Source: Candidatus Omnitrophota bacterium
Lineage (GTDB): Bacteria > Omnitrophota > Gorgyraeia > Gygaellales > Profunditerraquicolaceae
Assembly (NCBI GenBank): GCA_041308845.1
Contig: JBFZAT010000002.1
Coordinates: 566-64,565 of the forward strand
Reading direction: 5' to 3'
DNA: 64,000 bases
Shown: positions 9,466 to 19,221 of the stretch, piece after piece
How the letters are laid out: each line of letters starts with the position of its first letter
Position numbering within the stretch: the stretch's first letter is position 1
Program-made: the position numbers and the translations under genes
The notes under the pieces: generated by a model
What the model was told of the DNA's origin: nothing
The model's database searches: none
Seen by the model: only the letters and a program-made list of their open reading frames with translations

Positions 9466-9795
9466 ATGGACTTTAGCCTAATTAGAAAAGATATGAAGAT
9501 GTTTAGTTTTGAAGCTTTGCGTACGGATTGCGATAATTTCTTTGAAGGGGTGATCGTGGGCGAAGAATTAAAGAAGTTGAACGATCAATTGAAGAACTTG
9601 TTCGGGGAGCCGGTCTATCCTTCTAAAAATAAACTGGCGCATAAAGTACGCCAAACCGTAGATGGGTTCGGAGGGGTGCTGCCGGGCCAGATTTTATATT
9701 ATAAAAATTCAGGTGTAGAAAGTATCTTGGCGATGCTTTGGCCATGGAAAGATGGCCAGCGCACCACAGTTAAAATTATTCAGCAAGAATTATGA
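9466..9795 (+). CDS. hypothetical protein, translationally coupled (ATGA overlap) to DAHP synthase
   Basis: 109 aa, no recognisable family. Its stop overlaps the aroG-like start. Confidence 0.45.
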   Translation: MDFSLIRKDMKMFSFEALRTDCDNFFEGVIVGEELKKLNDQLKNLFGEPVYPSKNKLAHKVRQTVDGFGGVLPGQILYYKNSGVESILAMLWPWKDGQRTTVKIIQQEL

Positions 9796-10820
9796 GTTTT
9801 ACTTACTTACAGAAAATTCCCACACCGGAAGAGATTACTCAGCAGATGCCGATGTCAGCCAGACTGATTAAGTTAAAAGCTGACCGAGATAGGGATATTT
9901 TAAATGTTTTAAAAGGTGGTGATGACCGCTTGCTGTTAATTGTTGGTCCCTGCTCAGCGGATAATACTGATGCGCTTTGTGAATATGTCGGGCGTCTAAG
10001 CCGCCTGCAGGATAAGGTTAAAAAAAGGTTAATCCTGATCCCGCGAATTTATACCAATAAGCCGCGGACTACTGGAGAAGGCTATAAAGGAATGTTGACT
10101 CAACCCAAAGCTTCCGAAGGGCCGAATATCGCCCAGGGAATTAAGGCGATTCGCAAGATGCACGTTAAGGTCTTGAGCGAATCTGGATTAACGGCAGCCG
10201 ATGAAATGCTTTATCCGGGAAATTACCCGTATCTGGAGGATATTTTAAGTTATGTGACAATCGGGGCCCGTTCGGTAGAAAATCAGGAGCACCGTTTAAC
10301 CGTCAGCGGTTTAGATATTCCGGTTGGCATGAAAAATCCTACCAGCGGGGATTTGAATGTTTTACTGAATTCTGTTCAAGCCGCGCAGATTCAGCATACT
10401 TTTATTTATAACGGTTGGGAGGTTAAGACTCAAGGTAACCGTTTAAGCCATTGTATCCTCCGCGGGGCAATCGATCACCATGGGCAAAGTATCCCCAATT
10501 ATCATTATGAAGATTTAATACAATTCACTCAACTTTATTTGAAACGTAATCTGGCAAATCCCACGGTTATCGTGGATACTAATCATGCTAATTCTGATAA
10601 ACATTTCCAAGAGCAGCCCCGGATCGCCGAAGAGATTATGCATAGTCGTGCCAACTCTAAAGATTTAAAAAAGATGATTAAAGGATTGATGGTTGAAAGT
10701 TACCTCAAAGAAGGCCGGCAGGAGCCCGGCGGTAAGATTTTTGGCCAGTCAATTACCGACCCTTGTTTGGGCTGGGCAGATACTAAACGGTTAATTTTAG
10801 AGTTAGCGGATAATTGTTAA
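9792..10820 (+). CDS. aroG: 3-deoxy-7-phosphoheptulonate (DAHP) synthase, class I (AroG/F/H type)
   Basis: LLLIVGPCS, IPRIYTNKPRT and the downstream metal-binding HxxD/NHANSD blocks typical of type I-alpha DAHP synthases. Confidence 0.85.
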   Translation: MSFTYLQKIPTPEEITQQMPMSARLIKLKADRDRDILNVLKGGDDRLLLIVGPCSADNTDALCEYVGRLSRLQDKVKKRLILIPRIYTNKPRTTGEGYKGMLTQPKASEGPNIAQGIKAIRKMHVKVLSESGLTAADEMLYPGNYPYLEDILSYVTIGARSVENQEHRLTVSGLDIPVGMKNPTSGDLNVLLNSVQAAQIQHTFIYNGWEVKTQGNRLSHCILRGAIDHHGQSIPNYHYEDLIQFTQLYLKRNLANPTVIVDTNHANSDKHFQEQPRIAEEIMHSRANSKDLKKMIKGLMVESYLKEGRQEPGGKIFGQSITDPCLGWADTKRLILELADNC

Positions 10821-10838
10821 TTAACCAGAGGAGAAAAG

Positions 10839-12305
10839 ATGAGTTTGAAGTTTGATTTTAATAATTTATTTGATTTTAGTGTACAAGGGCATGGAGTAAG
10901 TCAATCCGAAATTGACGAAATTATACCGCAGGTGCAAAAGGCCTCTGCGCACTTAAAGAAGATCATCGCTGATGCACCAACTAGGGAGAAATTGAACCTG
11001 GAGTGGGTAAAATTACCTGAGCAAAAAGAAGCAGATATTGTTGTGGTTGAAAAGATTGCCCGCTTGATTAATAGGCAATATGCTAATGTTATTTTTTTGG
11101 GAATCGGCGGTTCATTCTTGGGGCTTAAAGCCGCTCAGGATGCGCTATGTGCGCCTTATTTCAATGAATTTAAATCATTACGTAAAAAAGTTCCGCGGAT
11201 TTATTTCGAAGGCAACAATTTAGATCCGGATACCTTGCAAGTCCTCTTAAAAAATCTTAATCCTAAACGGACCTTTGTGGTAGTTATTTCTAAATCCGGT
11301 GAAACTACTGAGACTAAAGCTGCGTTGATTTTAGTGGAGGTCTGGCTTAAGAAAACCCTGGGGGCTAAATATGGCCGGCAGATATTGGTGGTCACCGATC
11401 CGGAGAATGGTTCTTTGCGGAAAAGGGCCCAGGTCGAGCAGAATAAAGATCCTTTGAGTTTTCGTTCTTTACCGCTTTTAAAAGGGGTAGGCGGAAGGTT
11501 CTCTGAGTTTAATATGGGTCTTTTACATTTAGCGATTGTCGGAGTAGATATCCGTAAGTTGTTTCTAGGCGCTAAAGATATGCTGGTTAGGTGCAGTAAG
11601 GAGAATCTTTTAGAAAACCCGGCTTATTTATACGCAACTTTACATTATATCCTTTATTTAAAAAGGGCAAAGGCTTTAGCGATTTTGATGCCTTTTTCAC
11701 AAACTCTTAAATCTACCGCAGATTGGTATGTTCAACTTTTAGCCGAAAGCCTTGGGAAAAAATATCACCGTCAGATCCAAGTAGATATTGACGGAGTGGA
11801 GAGCTGGTTAGCCAGCAAGAATGATTTGTTTAACTTAGGCCGGACTCCGATCGCTGCCGCCGGCACGAATGATCTCCATTCGATCCAGCAGAATAATGTC
11901 GAAGGTCAGAACAATAAAGTGGTTACTTTTATTCGGGTTGAAAAATTTAAAACGGATTTAAAGATACCCGGTCAAGGTGATTTATTATCCGGTAAAAGTT
12001 TTGGTCAGCTGATGCAACTGGCTCAAGAAGCCACGGAATGGGCTTTGGTTAGCCAGAACCGGCCTAACTGCACGATTATTATGCCGGAAGTCTCGGCGTA
12101 TAATTGGGGGGCTTTGCTCTTTTTCTTTCAGCTGTCCACGGCTTTTGAAGGGGAATTATTGAATATCAATGCTTATGATCAACCCGGGGTGGAGGGATAT
12201 AAGAATTATATGTATTATAAATTAGGTAAACCCGGAATCCCGGCGGCGATTACCGAAGAGATTAAGAACAAGCCTTTAATTAAAAAACCTGAATATATAC
12301 TTTAA
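10839..12305 (+). CDS. pgi: glucose-6-phosphate isomerase
   Basis: IFLGIGGSFLG and VVISKSGETTET sugar-isomerase (SIS) motifs of the PGI family. Confidence 0.8.
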   Translation: MSLKFDFNNLFDFSVQGHGVSQSEIDEIIPQVQKASAHLKKIIADAPTREKLNLEWVKLPEQKEADIVVVEKIARLINRQYANVIFLGIGGSFLGLKAAQDALCAPYFNEFKSLRKKVPRIYFEGNNLDPDTLQVLLKNLNPKRTFVVVISKSGETTETKAALILVEVWLKKTLGAKYGRQILVVTDPENGSLRKRAQVEQNKDPLSFRSLPLLKGVGGRFSEFNMGLLHLAIVGVDIRKLFLGAKDMLVRCSKENLLENPAYLYATLHYILYLKRAKALAILMPFSQTLKSTADWYVQLLAESLGKKYHRQIQVDIDGVESWLASKNDLFNLGRTPIAAAGTNDLHSIQQNNVEGQNNKVVTFIRVEKFKTDLKIPGQGDLLSGKSFGQLMQLAQEATEWALVSQNRPNCTIIMPEVSAYNWGALLFFFQLSTAFEGELLNINAYDQPGVEGYKNYMYYKLGKPGIPAAITEEIKNKPLIKKPEYIL

Positions 12306-12306
12306 A

Positions 12307-12378
12307 TTTAGCGGGTCCTGTTTTAGGTGTTTTCTAGCGTTCAGCGCGCTGCGGAAGCACCCAAGCCACCCGCTAAAT
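12307..12378. repeat. ~70-nt imperfect palindromic intergenic repeat, copy A
   Basis: ttagcgggtcctgttttaggtgttttct...cacccaagccacccgctaa. The ends pair (agcgggt/acccgct). Near-identical to the copy at 35979-36047. Confidence 0.7.
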
Positions 12379-12386
12379 TTTTAATA

Positions 12387-13355
12387 ATGCTAAAAATTGG
12401 TAAATTAAAGTTAAAGTCTAATTTAATTCTTTCGCCGATGGCTGGAATTACAGACCTGCCATTTAGGATGCTTTGCCGTAAATTCGGTGCGGAGTTAGCT
12501 TTTGTGGAGATGATCAACTGCCGTTCGATTAGCCATAAAAGCAGGAAAACTAAACATATGTTGTCAAGCACTCCTGGTGATAAACCGCTGGGTATCCAAA
12601 TTCTGGGAGCGGAAGAGCAATATGTTCTGAAGGCTTTGGATGTCTTGAGAGGGTATAAATTTGATCTCTTGGATTTTAATGCCGCTTGCCCGGCAAAGAA
12701 AGTAGTGCGCCGGGGGGAGGGGGCGAGCTTGCTACAGGAACCGAAGAAATTGGTTAAAATATTAAAATTAGTGGTTAAAAACTCCTGGCTCCCGGTAACC
12801 GTTAAAATCCGGGCTGGTTGGGATAAGCATTCGGTTAATGCTAAAGAGGTCGCTCAACTGGCTCAGGACTGCGGAGTTCATGCTTTATTTATTCACGGCC
12901 GGACTAAAATTCAGGCTTATACTGGTCGAGTGGATTACGATATAATTAGAGCAGTGAAAAAAGTTTTAGCTATTCCTTTGATTGCCAGCGGAGATGTTTT
13001 TTCCGGACCATTAGCTGAGAAGATGTTTGATGAAACCGGATGTGACGGGTTGGCGGTAGCCCGAGGCTGCCTGGGAAATCCTTGGATCTTCCAAGAGATT
13101 AACGAATATCTTAAAAACGGTAAAATAATTGAACGTCCTGGGAAAAAAGAGCTGGCTGCGATTATGCAGGAACATCTGAATGCCAGCATTGATTTCTACG
13201 GTGAAAGAAACGGGGTAGTGATCTTCAGGAAATTTTATATCTGGTACACTAAAGGGTTATGCAAGGTCCGCCGTTTAAGAGAGAGGGCTTCAGGGGCTAA
13301 AACCCGCCTGGAGGTAGAAAAGATTATCAGAGAGGTGTTCCCTGGATCTAATTAG
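12387..13355 (+). CDS. dusB: tRNA-dihydrouridine synthase
   Basis: LILSPMAGITDLPFRML and the conserved FMN-binding TIM-barrel blocks. Start taken at the ATG (MLKIGK) after the repeat. Confidence 0.85.
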   Translation: MLKIGKLKLKSNLILSPMAGITDLPFRMLCRKFGAELAFVEMINCRSISHKSRKTKHMLSSTPGDKPLGIQILGAEEQYVLKALDVLRGYKFDLLDFNAACPAKKVVRRGEGASLLQEPKKLVKILKLVVKNSWLPVTVKIRAGWDKHSVNAKEVAQLAQDCGVHALFIHGRTKIQAYTGRVDYDIIRAVKKVLAIPLIASGDVFSGPLAEKMFDETGCDGLAVARGCLGNPWIFQEINEYLKNGKIIERPGKKELAAIMQEHLNASIDFYGERNGVVIFRKFYIWYTKGLCKVRRLRERASGAKTRLEVEKIIREVFPGSN

Positions 13356-13389
13356 TTACGGATTTCAAAATTCTAACCTTTTTAAACAC

Positions 13390-14055
13390 ATGCCGCTGTT
13401 TGACGGAATTGAATATGTCGGGCAGGATGAGGATATGGTCCGCCAATATCGAGCGGTAAGAGAGAATCAGCCCTGCATTATCTTGTCTTTAAATTTTATT
13501 CGTAATGACGAAAAGATTCTTTGGGATGCGGTAGAGGATTTTATAAAGCGTAGTACGATCAGCGCTACTGGAAGTGTGCATGGTGCATATATTTTCGATC
13601 TCCTGACTATTGATATTCACAAAGAGATTAAGACATTTAAACATACAGAGTTATCTAATTTGATTGTGAATACAGCTATTAAGTTGGCTACTGGCCAAAC
13701 CAAGATGATTAAGTATTCATCCGCTTATGCCTTGATCCAAAAAACCGTAGATTTTGAATGGGGCAAAATTAATTTTAAAACCGCGGTGAATGTATTTAAG
13801 GATAAATCGGATTACCTGGATTTGTTGATCAAACAGCTTCTAAAAGATTTTACTTTTTCGCATGATCCGGTAATCCTGCTATTAAATGACTTGAGTCAAA
13901 ATCCTATCTTTAATCTGCAGAATCAAACTCAGCAGTTGCGCTTAAAAAAAGTGATCGCTGATTTAATTCCTCAATCTGTGGAATTTATTCCAGAAATTTA
14001 TATCCAGGATAAAGATGGAGCCAGGGAGCTTCTCTCTGGCACAAAGTTAAGATAA
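13390..14055 (+). CDS. hypothetical protein
   Basis: 221 aa ORF in line with its neighbours; no recognisable motifs. Confidence 0.45.
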   Translation: MPLFDGIEYVGQDEDMVRQYRAVRENQPCIILSLNFIRNDEKILWDAVEDFIKRSTISATGSVHGAYIFDLLTIDIHKEIKTFKHTELSNLIVNTAIKLATGQTKMIKYSSAYALIQKTVDFEWGKINFKTAVNVFKDKSDYLDLLIKQLLKDFTFSHDPVILLLNDLSQNPIFNLQNQTQQLRLKKVIADLIPQSVEFIPEIYIQDKDGARELLSGTKLR

Positions 14056-14072
14056 TATAAATTTGAGAGATA

Positions 14073-14200
14073 CGAGACGTTTTATATAACCATTTGCGCA
14101 GCAAAGGATTAAGAAACAAATAAAGAAAGAGTAAGAAAAAGTAATTGTTTTGTAATCTACTGGCATATAAATGTTTACGTAAAACGTCTTATGTATTTAA
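14073..14200. repeat. copy 2 of the ~117-nt TIR-bounded intergenic element (AGACGTTTTA ... TAAAACGTCT)
   Basis: Perfect 10-bp terminal inverted repeat at 14075-14084 and 14180-14189; internal similarity to 5609-5735. Confidence 0.55.
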
Positions 14201-14407
14201 CAAAAATCCCCGGGAAAGCGCTCCGGGGCTTCTTGTAGGTGATAGGCCTAATAGCTTTCGCTATCGTTCCTAGCCTCCTTGTTTGGGCGTTGCTTGATTG
14301 TAAACAAGTATGCCATATAAATTCCAGGATTTCAAGCCCAGTAAAAATAAATTTTTTATTAATCTAAGATAGAAAGGTTAATTTTTCTATAGTATAATAT
14401 TACCAAA

Positions 14408-16495
14408 ATGTTGACGACATCGATTCAGTACCTTAAAGGTATCGGGCCTAAACGGGCAAAAAGTTTTACCTCCAGAGGAGTTAATACTATCGAGGAATTA
14501 TTATATTATTTCCCGCGTCGCTACGAAGACCGCAGCAATTTCGCCAAGATTTCAGAGCTTAAAGAAAACGGGGTTTATACCATTAAAGCCCAGGTTTTAA
14601 TCGGAGCGCAGCGTAATTCCTGGAGGCGGAATAGGTTTAGCATTACTGAAGCAGCTGTCAGTGATAATTCTGGTAAATTAAGCTGTGTCTGGTTTAATCA
14701 GCCGTATCTAGGCCAATATTTAAAACCAGGAGCACTTCTCATCCTCTATGGCAAGATCGAAGTTTATAACGGTAAACTGCAATTGACTAATCCTGAATAT
14801 GAATTTATGGATGAGGACAATGATGAGGATTCTTTAAATGTCGGCAGGATCGTTCCGGTTTATGCTTTGCCCAGCGGTTTTAGCCAGCGCAGTTTACGCC
14901 GTTTGATTAAAACTGCCCTGGATGAATTTTTACCTAAAATTAATGACCCGTTGCCTTTCGATTTACGCAGCCGGCACAATCTGCTAAATCTGGCACAAAG
15001 TCTGCTAAACATACATTTTCCCCAAGATTTATCTTTGCGTATGTCGGCGCACACGCGTTTAAGTTTCGAAGAATTTTTGTTTTTTCAGCTACCTTTGGTT
15101 TTAAGGAAGCGCAACCGTAAGAATAAGGCCGGGATCAGCCATTTGGCTGACAGAGGATTAGTTAAAGAATTTATTGCTGGTTTGAATTTTGAGCTTACCG
15201 CTGCCCAACAGAAAGCTTTAGAGGAAATCCAAGTGGATATGATCTCTTCTCAAGTCATGCAACGACTTTTGCAGGGTGATGTTGGATCCGGTAAAACCGT
15301 GGTGGCAACCGCCGCTTGTCTTCTAGCTATTCAAAGCGGATATCAGGCAGCTTTGATGGCGCCCACGGAATTACTGGCCAGGCAGCATTATGAGAAAATA
15401 TCCGAGCAATTTAGCCGGCTAACTTTTAACGGAGTTAAATTGCGCTTGGGGTTGTTGGTCGGTCAGGACAAGGGCACGAAAAAAGACAAGATATATCAGC
15501 AAATAAAGGCGGGTAAATTAGATTTAGTGATCGGAACTCACGCCTTGCTGCAGGAGGAGTTACGTTTCAAAAACTTAAGTTTTATTGTGATTGATGAGCA
15601 GCATAAATTTGGAGTCGGGCAGAGAGCGCTTTTACCCCAAAAAGGCAATAATCCCGATGTTTTAATTATGACGGCAACCCCTATTCCGCGTACTTTGGCG
15701 ATTACTTTATATGGCGACCTGGATATTTCGGTAATTAACGAATTGCCCGGCGGCCGACTCCCGATAAAAACTTTGCATTTTAGCCGTAAAGATCAACACA
15801 GAGCTTATGCTCTTCTTAAAGAAGAGCTTAAATATAACCGCCAAGGATATATAATCTATCCAGTGATTGAAGAATCTTACGCTTTGGATTTGGCCGGAGC
15901 TAAAAAAATGTTCACCGAACTAAAAAATGGCGAGTTTAAGGAATTTCGTTTAGGTTTACTTCATGGGAAGTTAAGTCCCTGGGAACAGAATGAGGTTATC
16001 TCCAAGTTCAAAAATAAACAATTAGACCTTTTGGTGGCAACAACCATTTTGGAGGTGGGCATTGACATTCCGAACGCTACTTGTATGATTATTGAGTCTG
16101 CTCAACGTTTTGGTTTGAGTCAATTGCATCAGTTACGCGGGAGAATTGGCCGGGGGAGGCTGCAATCATCTTGCATGCTTATTTCGGATAGCCAAACTCA
16201 AGATTCAGCAGCGCGCCTGGCAGCGATGGTAAGTTCCGGAGACGGATTTCATATTGCTGAAGAGGATCTTAAGATTAGAGGGCCGGGAGAATTTTTTGGA
16301 AACCGCCAGCATGGGTTAGCGGAGCTAAAAATTGCCAATCCGCTTATTCAGATGCAACTGCTTAAAACCGCCCGGGAAGCAGCGATTGGCTTGGTTAATC
16401 AGGATGCCTGTCTGCAAAAGCGCCCGCATCAATTATTAAAAGCTAAGTTACTGCAGAGATTCCCTGAATACGAAAAATTGATGTTGGTAGGATGA
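14408..16495 (+). CDS. recG: ATP-dependent DNA helicase RecG
   Basis: 695 aa; wedge domain; helicase motifs GDVGSGKT (Walker A) and DEQH (motif II); C-terminal TRG motif region. Confidence 0.9.
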   Translation: MLTTSIQYLKGIGPKRAKSFTSRGVNTIEELLYYFPRRYEDRSNFAKISELKENGVYTIKAQVLIGAQRNSWRRNRFSITEAAVSDNSGKLSCVWFNQPYLGQYLKPGALLILYGKIEVYNGKLQLTNPEYEFMDEDNDEDSLNVGRIVPVYALPSGFSQRSLRRLIKTALDEFLPKINDPLPFDLRSRHNLLNLAQSLLNIHFPQDLSLRMSAHTRLSFEEFLFFQLPLVLRKRNRKNKAGISHLADRGLVKEFIAGLNFELTAAQQKALEEIQVDMISSQVMQRLLQGDVGSGKTVVATAACLLAIQSGYQAALMAPTELLARQHYEKISEQFSRLTFNGVKLRLGLLVGQDKGTKKDKIYQQIKAGKLDLVIGTHALLQEELRFKNLSFIVIDEQHKFGVGQRALLPQKGNNPDVLIMTATPIPRTLAITLYGDLDISVINELPGGRLPIKTLHFSRKDQHRAYALLKEELKYNRQGYIIYPVIEESYALDLAGAKKMFTELKNGEFKEFRLGLLHGKLSPWEQNEVISKFKNKQLDLLVATTILEVGIDIPNATCMIIESAQRFGLSQLHQLRGRIGRGRLQSSCMLISDSQTQDSAARLAAMVSSGDGFHIAEEDLKIRGPGEFFGNRQHGLAELKIANPLIQMQLLKTAREAAIGLVNQDACLQKRPHQLLKAKLLQRFPEYEKLMLVG

Positions 16496-16536
16496 GTCAA
16501 GTATTGTTATGGGGCAGTCTTTAGACTAAAATCATC

Positions 16537-17082
16537 ATGAGAATAACTACAGGAAAATACCGTAACCGTAAATTACATATGCCCAAAGGCATACGTCCTA
16601 CTCAGGATAAGGTGCGCAAGGCTTTATTTGATATATTAGGGGATATTGCCGGGTTAACATTTTTAGAACTTTACGCCGGCTCTGGGGCGGTAGGATTAGA
16701 GGCGCTTTCCCGGGGCGCAGCTTGGTTAACCCTGGTTGAATCTAATCATCATTCGGTATTAGCAATAAAGAGGAATATAGCGCTGCTGGATATCAGTACT
16801 TATGATTTATATTATCTTGAAGCTGAAAAAGCGGTTAAGCTGATGAGCCTAGATAAGAAGAATTTTGATATTATATTTATTGATCCACCTTACTCTAGAG
16901 ATATGGCAAAAAAAATCTTGCAAACTCTAGAGGGTTATGATATATTGTCGCCCAATGGTTTGATCATCGTTCAGCATTCCAGACTAGAACAATTGCCCGG
17001 AGCGGGTTTAAATTTTAATTTGGTCAAAGAAGCTAAGTACGGTGATACTTGGCTTTCAATTTTTAGCCACGCCAAAGCGTGA
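16537..17082 (+). CDS. rsmD: 16S rRNA (guanine966-N2)-methyltransferase
   Basis: LELYAGSGAVGLEAL SAM-binding motif and the DPPY catalytic motif. Confidence 0.85.
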   Translation: MRITTGKYRNRKLHMPKGIRPTQDKVRKALFDILGDIAGLTFLELYAGSGAVGLEALSRGAAWLTLVESNHHSVLAIKRNIALLDISTYDLYYLEAEKAVKLMSLDKKNFDIIFIDPPYSRDMAKKILQTLEGYDILSPNGLIIVQHSRLEQLPGAGLNFNLVKEAKYGDTWLSIFSHAKA

Positions 17083-17582
17083 GAAAGAGTAAAGTGTGTC
17101 AGCTTGCTTTATACCCAGGAACATTTGATCCGGTAACTAACGGCCATATTGATTTGATTTGCCGCGCTCGCGAAATATTTTCGGAGGTTATCGTTGCCGT
17201 GGCGCATAATCCCCATAAGAAACCGGTTTTTAGTATTAAAGAAAGAATATCTATGCTCAAACAGGCAGTAGAGGGCATGGAGGGGGTGATGGTAACTCAT
17301 TTTGACGGCTTAGTTGTGGATTTCGCGCATAAGATGAAAGCGAAAGTATTAATCCGCGGATTACGCATGCTTTCAGATTTTGAATATGAGTTTCAAATGG
17401 CTTTGACTAATCGCAAGCTTTCCAGTGATATTGAAACAATTTTTCTTATGCCGCATGAATCTTATAGCTATCTTTCTGCTAAATTAATCAAAGAGACGGC
17501 GGTATTGGGCGCTGATCTCTCTAGTTTTGTTCCGGATTTTGTGGGCCAGGCTTTACAGAAGAAATTACTCAGAAAGCAGTGA
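17079..17582 (+). CDS. coaD: phosphopantetheine adenylyltransferase
   Basis: YPGTFDPVTNGH nucleotidyltransferase (H/T-x-G-H) motif; 167 aa. Confidence 0.9.
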   Translation: MRKSKVCQLALYPGTFDPVTNGHIDLICRAREIFSEVIVAVAHNPHKKPVFSIKERISMLKQAVEGMEGVMVTHFDGLVVDFAHKMKAKVLIRGLRMLSDFEYEFQMALTNRKLSSDIETIFLMPHESYSYLSAKLIKETAVLGADLSSFVPDFVGQALQKKLLRKQ

Positions 17583-17992
17583 AAATAATTATTAATCAGG
17601 TCCCGGCAGAGGGCCTGTATTTAAAAGAAGAGATCGATTCAGCCGGATTAGACCTGGCAACAGACCTAATCAAGTTTCGCTCTCCTTTGAAACTTTCCGC
17701 CCGGATCACCCGAATTACTAATGCTTTAACGGTGGACTTAACCATTCAGGCGGTTATTTTTGCAGATTGTGCACGTTGTTTAAATGAATTTGATTGGGTA
17801 TTCGATAAAGATATTCAGCTGCACTATCCTTTAGAGAGCAGCGATGTTTTTATCGATTTAAAGCCTGAAATCCGAGAAGAAGTAATTTTAGATTACCCAA
17901 TCAAGCCTTTATGTAGCTTAAGCTGCAAAGGTCTTTGTTTAAAATGCGGTAAAAACAAAAACGAAGGAGGATGCAACTGTGGCTCTACCTAA
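17579..17992 (+). CDS. yceD: YceD/DUF177 family protein (large-subunit ribosome accumulation protein)
   Basis: Sits immediately upstream of rpmF in the conserved arrangement; C-terminal CxxC...CxxC cluster. Confidence 0.7.
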   Translation: MKIIINQVPAEGLYLKEEIDSAGLDLATDLIKFRSPLKLSARITRITNALTVDLTIQAVIFADCARCLNEFDWVFDKDIQLHYPLESSDVFIDLKPEIREEVILDYPIKPLCSLSCKGLCLKCGKNKNEGGCNCGST

Positions 17993-18182
17993 ACGAAAAC
18001 ATTCAGCGCAGCGCGGCCGAAAACGCCGTACCCATTGGAAGATTAAAGCAACAAGCTTAACTCCCTGCCCGCAATGCAAACAATTGAAGCTTCCGCACCG
18101 GGTTTGTCTGGTCTGTGGATATTACGCCGGCCGTCAGGTCATCGAGATTAAAGTAAAGGAAAAAAAGAAAAAGTCTCGTTAA
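17979..18182 (+). CDS. rpmF: 50S ribosomal protein L32
   Basis: MALPKRKHSAQRGRKRRTHWK N-terminus and the CPQC...CLVC zinc ribbon. Confidence 0.9.
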   Translation: MALPKRKHSAQRGRKRRTHWKIKATSLTPCPQCKQLKLPHRVCLVCGYYAGRQVIEIKVKEKKKKSR

Positions 18183-18205
18183 TCTTAAAATGAGAAGAAA
18201 GGGCT

Positions 18206-19207
18206 TTGATGAAAATAGTCGTTGATGCCATGGGAGGAGACCATGCTCCCGAGGTAGTCGTAGATGGCAGTTTGGCTGCCGTAAAAGAGTATGGTGTAGA
18301 AGTGATCCTGGTTGGTGATGCGCCTCGGATCCAGTCTCTTTTAAAGAAAGCTAAATACAGCGGTGATCGGATCAGCGTTCAACACGCTACTGAGACTATT
18401 GAAATGTCTGAGTCGGCGGCCATTAGTGTTCGGCGTAAAAGAAATTCTTCGATCGTAGTGGGTTTAAGTTTAGTTAAAGAGGGTAAAGCAGATGCTTTTT
18501 TTAGCGCCGGTAATACCGGAGCGGTAGTTTGCGCAGCCACTTTAGAATTAAGGCTGCTACCGGGGATTGAGCGGCCAGGCATCGGCTTGATTACGCCGTC
18601 TTTAAAAGGGATTTCTTTGATTATTGACGTGGGGGCCAATATCGACCCTAAGCCTACCCAGCTATTGCAATACGGGATTATGGCGGATGCCTATTGTAAA
18701 AATATTTTAAACAAAGTTAATCCCAGCGTGGGCTTGTTGAATATCGGAGAGGAAGAAAAGAAAGGCACGGATTTTATCCGGGAAGCCTACGGATTATTGG
18801 AAAAAAGCAAAATAAATTTCGTCGGTAACGTGGAAGGCAAAGATCTTTTTAGCGGCAAGTGCGATATTATTGTTTGCGATGGTTTCGTGGGGAATGTGGC
18901 TTTAAAGGTTTCCGAGAGTGCGGCAGAAGCCATGCAGACATTTCTAAAACGACATCTTTTAAGCAATATTTGGGGTAAGATTGGTTTGATTTTTATGATC
19001 CCTAGCCTGAAACGTTTTAAGAAAGAAATTGATTACGCCGAGTACGGCGGGGCACTCTTATTAGGGGTAAACGGTGTAGTGATTATTGGTCATGGGCGTT
19101 CCAGTATTAAGGCGATTAAGAATGCGATTCGGGTAGCCAAAGAAGAAGTTGAGCGCCAGGTAAACAGTAAAATTCTAGAAGCCATAAATTTGAGCGGTAA
19201 ACAGTAA
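18206..19207 (+). CDS. plsX: phosphate acyltransferase PlsX
   Basis: IVVDAMGGDHAP motif, 333 aa, upstream of fabH. Confidence 0.9.
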   Translation: MMKIVVDAMGGDHAPEVVVDGSLAAVKEYGVEVILVGDAPRIQSLLKKAKYSGDRISVQHATETIEMSESAAISVRRKRNSSIVVGLSLVKEGKADAFFSAGNTGAVVCAATLELRLLPGIERPGIGLITPSLKGISLIIDVGANIDPKPTQLLQYGIMADAYCKNILNKVNPSVGLLNIGEEEKKGTDFIREAYGLLEKSKINFVGNVEGKDLFSGKCDIIVCDGFVGNVALKVSESAAEAMQTFLKRHLLSNIWGKIGLIFMIPSLKRFKKEIDYAEYGGALLLGVNGVVIIGHGRSSIKAIKNAIRVAKEEVERQVNSKILEAINLSGKQ

Positions 19208-19221
19208 AAATTAAGGTTAAG

